Of a stretch of 64,000 bases of DNA, positions 39,321-50,683 are shown piece by piece. A program made the translations under genes and the position numbers. Source of the DNA: Octopus sinensis (taxonomy: Eukaryota); assembly GCF_006345805.1 (NCBI RefSeq), contig NC_043024.1, forward strand, positions 3,782,001-3,846,000, read 5' to 3'. Each line of letters starts with the position of its first letter. The stretch's first letter is position 1. The notes beneath the pieces were generated by a model. That model did not search any database and was not told the origin of the DNA. It saw only the letters and a list, made by a program, of their open reading frames with translations.

Positions 39321-40017
39321 ATAAACGATGATGATGATGATGATACAATGGGCCTCTTTCAGTTCCTGTCTACCAAATCCACTCACAAGTTTTTGGTTGG
39401 CCCAAGACTATAGTAGAAAAGACCAGGGTGCCACACAGTGGGTCTGAACCCAGGACTATGTGGATGGGAAGCAAGCGTCTTACCATACTGGTATGCCTGC
39501 ACTTATACACCCACACAAACATAGAGTAGTAATAGGGATTCAAAGAATCAGACAAATCTTACATTAAGCTCTCCTCAAAGTGCATGACTGTGGTTGAAAT
39601 TAGGGTCAACCTTCATATTGTTCTGAAACCCCAGAAGACACAATGGTGGAGAGAATGTGTATAAATAGAACAGATAAGAGAAGTGTGGTGAGAGAGTAGA
39701 TGTTTATTCCATGTTTACAGCTGTTTCATAAGTTATTGTTATGTTACATCAACAATTATGTACATATTAAGTGAACATATAAATATATCTGTTATCTTTC
39801 ATCTTGTTTCAGTCATTTGACTGTGGCCATGCTGGGGCACTACCTTGAGGGGTTTTAGTTGAACAAATCAACCCCAGGACTTCTTTCTTTTTTTAAGTAC
39901 TTATTCTACGTCTTATTTGCTGAACTACTAAGTTATGGACACAAACACACCAACACCAAATGTCAAATAGTAATGGGAGACAAACACAGATACAAAGAAA
40001 CGCACACATATGATACA

Positions 40018-40052
<35 letters not shown>

Positions 40053-40504
40053 TGTTTGTGAGTCTTTATGAATTTTATATTTTGGATGTTGTTGTTGTTT
40101 GAAACTAGTCAACCCTGAACAACAATGGTACAGTTGTGACCACCATATTATAATCGTTACCATGACCACCATCATCATTATTATTAAGCATTATTATTAT
40201 TATTATTATTCTTTGATGAAAACTCTCAACTTATTTTTCTGGATATTGTGGAAAGTGTTGGCTGTCCATAGCCAACAGACTATGGTGACACTCAGTGGCG
40301 CAGCAACAAAATTTGCTATGGGGGTGCAAACCCAGGTCCTAATTTTTTAATGAAAAATGTGGATTTTTCCAATGTTAACATTAAAACAAATGCGGTATAA
40401 TAATAATTTTTATTATTATAAGGGTCAACTGAAATGTTCATAATCTGAGCAAGACACTCTCAATGGAATGTGGTCAAAGGAAGTTCATATTCTAACATAG
40501 TTCC

Positions 40505-40860
40505 TCTTACTGTCCACACACTTCCATAAGTAGTTGCAGTGCTTGGATCGCACTGGTGAAGAAGCTTTTCTGTTGATCAAAATGGTCATCAACAACAGAT
40601 AAGATGTTCTCATCATAGTGATACTGGTGCTCAGCTGAGTGTTTTTCTATGTTGAGAAACAGATGATAACCAGAAGGAACTAAATTACTAACATAGGGAG
40701 GATGATCAACCAGTTCAAAGCCAGTCACACACAGCAGCCATTGAAACCAAGGACTTGTGTGCTGAAGCATTGTCCTAATGAAACAAGACCCTATTCATTA
40801 GTTTTTCTGGGTGTTTGGTCTTGATAGCCTTTCATAACTGCCTTAGGAAGTTGGCATTGA
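40505..40860 (-). mobile_element. mariner transposase C-terminal relic
   Basis: The minus strand reads ANFLRQL*KAIKTKHPEKLMNRVLFH*DNASAHKS...GFELVDHPPYVSNLVPSGYHLF...SFFTSAIQALQ, a degenerate mariner HDNA.AH / HPPYSPDLAPSDYHLF region. Confidence 0.8.
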
Positions 40861-41532
40861 AATTTTCAACTGATGGTTTGATCATTTTGAAGATAGCCAA
40901 TAAACACAATATTTTTTGCATTAATGCATAGTATATGTAATAATGTGAAGTATATTTTGCATATTAAAATGTTTAATTTTGGAAATGTATCAAGCAGTGC
41001 TAACATAATCAGTAAATATACAAATTGCAAGTATTTCAAAATGTGGGACACTACATGACAAAAACTAACAAAAAAAAAAAGAAGAAAATAGTGGTACAAT
41101 GAGAAGGCTCAGGAGAAGGATAGAGAGATGGGGTAGAGGGAAGGAAGTTAGAAGGAAAGAAAAGAATGAAAAGTGAAAAGATAAACTGGGGATCTGAAAT
41201 GAGCACTAGGTAGGAGATTGGCTCCTGTGCCGGTGGCACGTAAAAAAAGCACCTACTACACTCTCAGAGTGGTTGGCGTTAGGAAGGGCATCCAGCTGTA
41301 GAAACAGTTCCAGATCAGACTATGGACATTAAACGATGATGTATTACCTATGCACTGGTCAAGTAGAAAAACGATGAGTGATAAAAAATTGGATTGTCTT
41401 TTGGTACCAAAGTGAAGAAAGAGCATAGAAAAGGTTAGGGAAGAGCAAGTAGGAAAAAAGAGAGAGTTCGGAGAAATAAGGACTGTTTAACCCTAACCCT
41501 CTCACTACACATTCTGCATTTGTTGATTTCAG

Positions 41533-42190
41533 TAGTGTTGTTTATTCAGTGCTGCACGTATATGTGCTTCTGTCTCTGTCTTCAGGTCACTTTAATCCAT
41601 AGCCACTGGTCTTCTGTATCTGTTTTGGCATTCGTATCACTTGCAAACTAATCATACATTTTTTCTCCTTCCATGCTGTTTCTTTTTTTTGTGTTTTTTC
41701 CTCTTTAAGTTTTTCTTTCTTTACACAATTATCAATTTTGATGATGCCTGACTTCTTCACATGTTTCAGCAATGGTTCCAGGGCAATTTTTGCATACCAT
41801 CCTAAGCTGCTTTCCTTTGCTTCAACACACCCTCTCTCACCCTTTCTTCTGGACAAGTACAGCCTATTGGTATCACTCTTAAGTGGGAAGGCTCCAATGC
41901 ACTACTATCAATCATTTCTGTCTTTGTAACCATGTCATTAGTCTCTTCTTTTGCCAGTTCATGATTCCAGCTCTATACCGAAGTCATGCTATCGCCAGTC
42001 AAGTTTGAGTGCAACACTAATCTTAGTCTTCAGAAATTTCTTTCCTCTTCATTCATTCTCCTTGATTTCGTTGAACTCTAGTGTGCCAAGGTATTTATAG
42101 CCTTCCTTTTCAGTTTGTTTCATAACTTCTCTATTAATTCTATTCCTGCCAGGGACTGTACCTTGCTCCTTTTCAAGCACAGTTATCATT
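41533..42190 (-). mobile_element. RTE-clade LINE ORF2 fragment (nearly identical copy at 44082-44710)
   Basis: RLYLSRRKGERGCVEAKESSLGWYAKIALEPLL...AWKEK resembles the RTE LY.PRK.GGRGL...W..K motif. Confidence 0.65.
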
Positions 42191-42754
42191 ATTATTATTA
42201 TTATTATTGAGTGAGAGAGCAATGTATGCCATCAAAGTGACACTGGGTACAAATATATGAAGCCCAGTATACCCATCATGACTACCCATCTGATAAGGGT
42301 ACAACACCAGACACATACATCACAAACATACATGCGTAACATGGTGATATCATATCAAGATAAACAGTGCATGACCTTGCAAGTGGGGCGCAATTTGAAT
42401 TTTCTTCAGGTTGAGTAGCCCATCCCACTCAAAAGGTCCCTGAATAAGGATTGTTTAAGGATGTTGAACGAAACACCCATGTTTTCAAAGGTGAATTATC
42501 CAAACTCCAAAGAGTTCCTCCCAACACATGGCTCTGATGCTCCCCAACTGCTTCTGCTAGTGATCAGAAATACACATATTGTCAATCACCATGGGACATG
42601 CTCAACTGACAAGCAAATCTGTGATATTGAGCAGAATATTTGCTGTAGCTCATCTTTTATGCCAAGACAAAACAATGTACATGATAACACTTCCAATCAG
42701 TTAAGATCAGAAGCCATGAGAGCCACTGCTTGGTACTGCATCAGGGCATTTATA

Positions 42755-42787
<33 letters not shown>

Positions 42788-42789
42788 GT

Positions 42790-43190
42790 CTTTGCACAGC
42801 TTCTAACACTGGAGATGTACTACAGTGTTAGCTGTTCACTCCCAGTGAACTAAGGCAACACCTCTTATTTTTTGAGCACCTTCCAGAGTATTCGAGTGGT
42901 TCCAAGCAGTGCTGTTTTCTGCAAGTGCTCCACCATTATTGCAGCCCCTATTTGTTCCACGTACTTCTCAAGAATTTTACTCACTGTTCCCAGGGCTCCA
43001 ACAATTATTGGTACTACTGCTACCTTTTTCATTGACCACAACTGCTTAACTTCTCAAGCTAACTTGTCATATCTCTTGACTTTTCTTTCTTCCTTATTGC
43101 ATACCTTGTTGTCAGCTGGGCATGCTATATCTATGATCCAGCACAGTTTGTTTTCTTTCTCAATTAAGACTATGTATGGCTTCCTGTTCT
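42790..43190 (-). mobile_element. RTE-clade LINE 3' end with (AAT)n tail
   Basis: The minus strand reads AVVPIIVGALGTVSKILEKYVEQIGAAIMVEHLQKTALLGTTRIL, the typical RTE terminal VVP.V.GALG...LQK..LLGT motif, followed by (taa)n. Confidence 0.7.
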
Positions 43191-43689
43191 ATTATTATTA
43201 TTATTATTATTATTGAGTGAGAGAGCAGTTCATGCCATCAAAGTGACACTGGGGTAAAATATACGAAGCCCAATATACCCATCATGACTACCCGTCTGAT
43301 AAGGGTACACTAGGCACATGCATCACAACCATATGTGCGCGACATGGTGATCTCATATCAAAATAAACAGCACGTGACCTTGCAGGTGGGGCCCAGTTAG
43401 AATTTTCTTCAGGTCGAGTAATCCATCCTGCTCAAAAGGTCCCTGAGTAAGGGTTGTTTAAGGATGTTGAAAGAACCACCCATGTTTCCAGAGGTGAATT
43501 ATTCAAACCCCAAAGAATCCCTCTCAACACATGGCTATGATGCTCCCCTACTACTTCTGCTTGTGATCAGAGATGCACATATCATCAGCTACTAAGGGAC
43601 ATGCTCAACTGGTTAAGGTCAAACAACTGACAAGCAAATCTGTGGTATTGAGCAGAATATTTGCTGTAGCCCATCTTTTATACCAAGAC

Positions 43690-43723
<34 letters not shown>

Positions 43724-46700
43724 AGAAAGCACTTTAACTTTCTATAATTGTTGTCTGCTGTGAGTGTGTGATGTTATCTATGTATGAGGTCATGTGTATA
43801 TTTGATGAAAGTGTGGGAATGTTATGTGGGTAGTAGATTAACAAAAAAACAAAGAAGTAGTGGGCTCAAACCGGTTATTTGTGGTACACCTCAGAGATTA
43901 CCGCTAACACAGGCTTGGCTACAATGAAAGGTATTTCCTGCATTTGGTTTTAGAGAAGGAAGAGCTGGATACATGCTCTGTCGAATTTGGGTTTTTCGCT
44001 ACAAGTGTAGGCACAGCAGTGGTCTTAAGAAGCTCACTTTGTAACCATATGGTTTTGGGTTTAGTCCCACTGCACAGCACCTAGTGTTGTTTATTCAGCA
44101 CTTTGCATAGTAGTCCTTAATGCTTGTTATTGTGCTGCACGTATATGTGCTTCTGTCTCTGTCTTCAGGTCACTTTAATCCATAGCCACTGGTCTTCTGT
44201 ATCTGTTTTGGCATTCGTATCACTTGCAAACTAATCATACATTTTTTCTCCTTCCATGCTGTTTTTTTTTTTGTGTTTTTTCCTCTTTAAGTTTTTCTTT
44301 CTTTACACAATTATCAATTTTGATGATGCCTGACTTCTTCACATGTTTCAGCAATGGTTCCAGGGCAATTTTTGCATACCATCCTAAGCTGCTTTCCTTT
44401 GCTTCAACACACCCTCTCTCACCCTTTCTTCTGGACAAGTACAGCCTATTGGTATCACTCTTAAGGTGGAAGGCTCCATGCACTATCAATCATTTTCTTG
44501 TCTTTGTAACCATGTTCATTAGTTCTTTCTTTTGCCAGTTCATGATTCCAGCTCTATACCGAAGTCATGCTATCGCCAGTCAAGTTTGAGTGCAACACTA
44601 ATCTTAGTCTTCAGAAATATTCTTTCCTCTTCATTTCATTCTCCTTGATTTCGTTGAACTCTAGTGTGCCAAGGTATTTATAGCCTTCCTTTTCAGTTTG
44701 TTTCATAACTTTTAAGTCTAATGACTGAAACATGTAAAAGATGAAAGATAATGGAGAGAGTTTAATTAATTAGTATTCAAACTGGCTGCAGCCTAAGTAT
44801 TCTACCTGTTTTTTGGTCAAACTGACCAGATCAGGCCTCTCACAACTACCCTGCAATGTCACTCTAAAATAAACAAATGCATTATCAAAATCTTGAAGCT
44901 ACAAGATAATTCAAAACAATGGGAAGCATCAGATTTAGCAGAATAATCTGGATCCTGTAGGATTAAATTAAGTTAGTAAATTAAACTGGGTTGGAATAAA
45001 TAAAAATTTTATATATTAAACTAATAAATTTAGAAATATTTGTATTTGTTGTGGTACTGAGAAGGGGTAATGTAAATTTCTTTTTAGTAAAAGACAGGGG
45101 TCGAGAAAGAAGATATCCTCACACCAGAAGTATTCCCTGAAGGGACAGGTGTTGTTGGTGGTAGCAGCAGTGATGGTATTAAACTGAGTGATGGATCAAG
45201 TGTACCATTTATTTTGTGTTTAAGAGAATAACAAGGGAGGCTGTGGTGTGTTGGAGGTTGTTGGCATTGAAGTTGTTTTGGTCATCTAATGCCCAGGTAT
45301 ACTCTAATATAGCAACAGCTCTGGTCAATGGCACCTCACCTGTTACCACTTTGCTTTTTAAGGTTATCAGTCTCAAGAACCAAAGTTTTCAACCTGTCCT
45401 TCCTATATTTATATTGCTAATGTTTGATTTGAGAGGGGTTTGGTTATTATTTCTTGCAGGTTAAGTGACCATGTTGAGGCTCCTCATTGGTCATCTTTGT
45501 TGTTGATAGGAAAACCAAAATATGATCAAAGACAATCTAGCCTTAACGATCCTGTCTTTTTAGAAGTGTCCTTTCTTTTAAATTGTGGTGATGTGTGAAG
45601 GCACATGGCTCACTGGTTAGAGCTTTGAGCTTACGATTGTGAGGTTGTGAGTTCAAATCTCAGACCGGGCTGTATGTTGTGTTCTTGAGCAAGACACTTT
45701 ATTTCACGTTGCTCCAGTTCACTCAGCTGTAGAAATGAGTTGCGATGTCACAGGTGCCAAGCTGTATTGGTTCCTTTGCCTTTCCCTTAGATAACATCGG
45801 TGGTGTGGAGAAAGGAGGCTGGTATGCATGGGTAACTGCTGAATTTCCATAAACAACCTTGCCTGGACTTGTGCCTGGGAGGCTAACTTTATCGGTGCAG
45901 TCCGATAAATGTCAATCATGACCAAAGGGGGGTCTCAGCAGGTGTGATGTGCGAAACTCAGCTGCTATTTCCAGCAGGTCAAGCAACCACCTAGATTCTC
46001 CCCCATTGGCTTGTTGCTGTTTATTGTTATTATTGTTATTGTTATTAAGGTGGTGAGCTGGCAGAATCATTTGCATGCCCGGCAAAAATGCTTAGCGGTA
46101 TTTTGTCTGCCGCTATGTTCTGAGTTCAAATTCAACCAAGGTCAGCTATGCCTTCCATCCTTTCAGGGTCAATACATTAAGTACTAGTGAAACACTGGTG
46201 TCGATGTAATCGACTGGTCCCCTCCCCCAAAATTTTAGGCCTAGTGCCTTCAGTAGAAAGGATTATCATTATTATTAGTATTATTTATGTTGTTTATTGC
46301 TTATCAAACTTCATTTCAAACAAAGTGCATTTAGTTAAAATTGTCTTTATCAATAAATACATTTATCAATATGAGATGCAGTGAGACGGCAGCAAGCTGG
46401 TAGAACTGTTAACACTCAGGGCAAAATGCTTAGTGGCACTTTGTCACTCTTCAGGCTCTGAGTTCAAATTCCGCCAGGTTCGACTTTGCTTTTCATCCTT
46501 TCAAAGTTGATAAAATAGGTAACAGTTGAGTACTGGGGGGGGGGGGGGGTCAATGTAATCGAAGTGGCTCCTCCACTGAAATTGCTGGCCTTGTGCCAAA
46601 ATCTGAAGGCAATATCAGTTGCAGTGGAACTACGTCAGGGATCAGGTCGCAGTTAAAATTTTGACGCTAAGAAATAAATATTTAATTGAAGTTAACAGTG

Positions 46701-46769
46701 TTTGTGTTTTTGAATGGCTTCCATATATGTCTTTCAGCCAAGTGAAATCATAGTAACTGAGTAAAATTG

Positions 46770-47140
46770 TAGTCATGGCTGATGCCAGTGCTGTCTGACT
46801 GGTACCCACGCCGGTGGCACGTGAAAAGTACCATTCAAGCGTTGGGCCTCATAGAGGCCCAAGACCTCCATAGGTGACCTTTGGTGGTGTACTGTGCTTG
46901 TGCAGACCTGACAAACCAAGTGAGACCATAGTCGTGGCTGGTGCCAGTGTCAGATCAACGGCACCCATACTAGTGGCATGTAAAAAACACCCACTACACT
47001 CTCAGAGTGGTTGGTGTTAGGAAGGGCATCCAGTTGTGGAAACCATACCAAATCAGATTGGAACCAAGCTTACCAGTTTATAGTCAAACCATCCAACCCA
47101 TGGAAAATGAACTTTAAATGATGATGGTGATGATGATGAT
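46770..47140 (+). mobile_element. Dispersed repeat family D (internal ggtggcacgtaaaagcacc subrepeats, 3' end ...ccaacccatg...gatgatg tail)
   Basis: Homologous to about 16100-16475, 41215-41342, 10100-10420(-) and 47210-47385(-). The (GAT)n tail suggests RTE-mobilised retroposition (inference). Confidence 0.65.
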
Positions 47141-47683
47141 GAAGCCGTGATTGTTTTAGTTTCAATAAATCCCTTTCTGGCAAGTACATCTCTGAAATAT
47201 TTTTCAGTCACCATCACTTAATATCCATTTTCCATGCTGGCATGGGTTAGGCGGTTTGACAGAAGTTGGCCACGTAGAAGACTACACCAAGCTACTGTGT
47301 CTGTTTTGACATGGTTTTTACAGCTGGATGCCCTTCCTAACACCAAACCTCCTGCAGAGTAGATTGAGTGCTTTTACATCGCACCAGCAATATATATATA
47401 TATATATATACATATAATTTTTTTTTTCAGAATGAGATAAAAAAAACGATGGCTGTGAAGATTTTAGAACATTTATGAATATTCTATGGCCAACTTCTGA
47501 AAAGAAAAAAAATTTATATATACACATGCTGCTATGTTGGTCTCCTTATTCATATAATCACCACACCTGGAGCTTAACTATAGTCTTTCCATAGCATTTA
47601 CTCAGCATTACCTAACACTTTTGGGTCTTATTGACACCATTACCTCTCATAACCTCCCTCTCCCCCTCTCTCTCTCTCTTCTC

Positions 47684-47716
<33 letters not shown>

Positions 47717-48541
47717 TATATGTGTGTGTGTTTTTATTTTATTTTGTACTTCTGTGGAAACATGTCTGGCCGTGAGGGAAATATTACCTGACTTGGAAAC
47801 AAGTGAAGGTTGGTGACAGGAAGAGCATCTGGCTTGAAAATCTGCCATAACAAATTGTGACTGACTCATGCGAGCATGGAGAAATGGACATTAAATGATG
47901 ATGATGATGATATAGTGGTGCTGGTGTTGGCGATGATGAATATATCCATTCTATACATTATGTTGTGAACTGGTCTGACCAGCTTTTCCACAGTCAACAA
48001 CTTAGTCCGTTATTTACAAATGTCTTCAGCTCTCAACTTCCTGTAAAACACATGGAACTGTATTTCATTAACTAATCCTAAAACGGATATCACAGGAGTT
48101 CTACTTTGCCTGCATTCATTTTAAAGGAAGTACAAAACTTTCTAATCTAAGAAAACCACCTCTGATCTCTTCTTCTGTCACATATTTCTGTTTTTGACTC
48201 AGACAACTTCCAACAGGATATGGATATGGAATTTTAACTACTGTCATACAAGGAAGAATAAAAATAAACAAAGCCTCACTTCACAACAATAATAACATCA
48301 TTAGTTGCGACTGATTCTAATTTTCCCATTTCCTTGTTACATAGATAGGATATAACTGAACATCTTTCGCTTTCATTTTCTTCTTATTTTTTTTTGTTAT
48401 GTTTTTGCCTTATTTGCTGACGAAAGGTTGTAGCATGGGTGCAGCCAGGCTGTCACTCAATTACCGTACTCAAATTTACTAACTGTTGCCTGACTGAGTG
48501 CACGTTTATGCTTGTGTGTGTACACACACAATATGTATACT

Positions 48542-48634
<93 letters not shown>

Positions 48635-48637
<3 letters not shown>

Positions 48638-48970
48638 GGTGCATGGCTCAGTTGTTAGAGTGTCGAGCTTATGATCGTGAGGTTGTGAGTTTGAATCCCA
48701 GTCCAGGCTGCGTGTTGTGTTCTTGAGCAAGACACTTTATTTCACGTTGCGCCAGTTCACTCAGCTGTAGAAATGAGTTGCGACATCACAGGTGCCAAGC
48801 TCTATCGTCCATGCCTTTCCCTTGGATAGCACTGGTGGCATGGAGAGGGGAGGCTGGTATGCATGGGCGACTGCTGGTCTTCCATAAAAAACAACCTTGC
48901 CCAGACTTGTGCCTGGGAGGGTAACTTTCTAGATGCAATCCCATGGTCAGTCATGACCGAAGGGGGCCTC
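48635..48970 (+). mobile_element. SINE family C, full-length copy
   Basis: gaaggtgcatggctcagttgttagagtgtcgagc...gagtttgaatccc tRNA-like head; ends gaccgaagggggcctc. Confidence 0.82.
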
Positions 48971-48973
48971 AGC

Positions 48974-49007
<34 letters not shown>

Positions 49008-49214
49008 AATTCAAAAGACAGAAAGATAGAAGATGAATGTGAGGACGTACACAAGAATTATATTAGTTTGACACATGGTAAAAGGAGAGAGTTTTTAACA
49101 TTTCAAGCATGGCTCTTTGTGGGAAAAGTCCAAAGAAGAAGAAAGAAAATCGCCAACAGTCCACATGTCGTTACATTTCGAGTTTATATATATATATATA
49201 TATATATATGTTTA

Positions 49215-50464
49215 CAGGGGTTGTACAAAATAATGGAAACACCTTAAAATTTCAAGCAAATTTATTCTAATATGGGGTAGGACTACCTTTGGCAGTAATT
49301 ACAGCTTAAATTCTACAAGGTATGGACTTGTACGAAGTTTGAATTGTTTCCAAAGGAATTTTTGTCCATTCTTCAGCTAAAACAGTCTCCAGTTCTTATA
49401 GTGATGATGGTGGAGGATAAATAGAGTGGGGTAAAGACCTACAGAATTGGTCCCTAGAATAGTGGAAGAATGTTATTTTCTCAGATGAATCATCCTTTAC
49501 CTTATTTCCAATGGCCAGCCGAGTATATGCACCAAAAATTTTCAATAATATTGAGATCTGGGGACTGTGGTGGCCAGATAAGATGTTCAACTTCACTAGA
49601 ATGTTCCTTGTGCCATTCAGTAACAACTTTAGTTGTGTGAATTGGTGCGTTATCATCCTGAATGATTGGGTTTCCCTCCAGAAACAGTTCCAAAACCATA
49701 GAATGAATTTGATCAGATAAAATGCTTAAATAGTCTTGACTATTAATTCTGCCATGAAGAGAAGCCATTAGGCCAGTGGATTTCCAAGATATAGCACCCG
49801 CCCAGATCACCACAGATCCTCCTCCATGAATAACAGTTGGAAGAAGTCAGTCTGGGTCAAATGCTTCTTTTGGCTGTCACCACACATATACTCGGCTGGT
49901 CATTCTGTAGGTCTTTACTCCACTCTAAATGCTTTGCAATGTGCGTTTTTGAAAGTAGTGGTTTTATGATTGCAGCCCTCACTTGAAATCTGGCTTTGTG
50001 CAGCTCCCGAGCAGTTTTTGTGGAAACTGGATTCTCAAGGTGGTCATTAAGCTCTGCAGTAATTTTGGGAGCTGTACTTTTGTGATCCTTTCTAACAATT
50101 CGTGTAAGAGTCTGACAGTCCCTATCTGAAAGTTTCAGTTTTCTTCCAGAGTTTTGTTTCGATGAGGAGGTTTTTCCCTCTTTCTCAAAGGCTGTCATTA
50201 CTTTCAAGACAGTACTTCTTGATACACCAAACAATATGGCTGTTTTCATTATGCTAGTGCCTGCCAAATGAGCACCAACAATTTGACCTCTTTGAAAGTC
50301 CAATAGATCTGTCATTTTAATGAATTTTAATTACCTTTTTCTGATGATATCTGAAAAGAAACAGCAATTTTAGCAAAACATATTAAGCAACACTAATAAT
50401 AAATAAAAAAAAACAAGCTTGAGGCTCTGATGCTAGGTGTTTCCATTATTTTGTCCAACCCCTA
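49215..50464 (-). mobile_element. Near full-length (1250 bp) Tc1-like transposon, DD36E, defective and internally rearranged
   Basis: 30-bp TIRs caggggttgtacaaaataatggaaacacct / aggtgtttccattattttgtccaacccct(a) with TA on both flanks. The transposase starts at 50315 (MTDLLDFQRGQIVG...GRKLKLSDRD) and includes QDDNAPIH...WPPQSPDLNIIE. Confidence 0.93.
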
Positions 50465-50683
50465 TATATAAAACAAGTTAAAACTGATGTTCATTACATA
50501 TTTTTCCTTTATTGGAGCAAATTTGGCTTACGGCTGTTCCCAGTGGTCATTACTGATAGGTTTACTCAATTGGACCTGTTGAGTAAAGCTATCAGTAATG
50601 TAACCACTGGGAACAACTATAAGCCAAACTTGCTCCGATAATGGAAAAATATGTAACGACTTATTTCTAACTTGTTTTATATA
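50465..50683. mobile_element. Fold-back MITE (about 105-bp imperfect arms) abutting the Tc1 TIR
   Basis: tatataaaacaagtta...ttcccagtgg...tttactcaa / ttgagtaaa...ccactgggaa...taacttgttttatata. Confidence 0.75.

Noticed and set aside
36120-39324. Numerous YIYI/HTHT ORFs here and across the window
   Set aside because: Translations of (TA)n, (CA)n and (TG)n microsatellites.
41430-41502. Telomere-like gggttaggg / taaccctaaccct
   Set aside because: Only about two units each; compatible with chance or MITE ends.
48635-48710. tRNA-like sequence with A and B boxes
   Set aside because: It is the head of a multi-copy SINE and lacks a complete cloverleaf or acceptor stem; not a tRNA gene.
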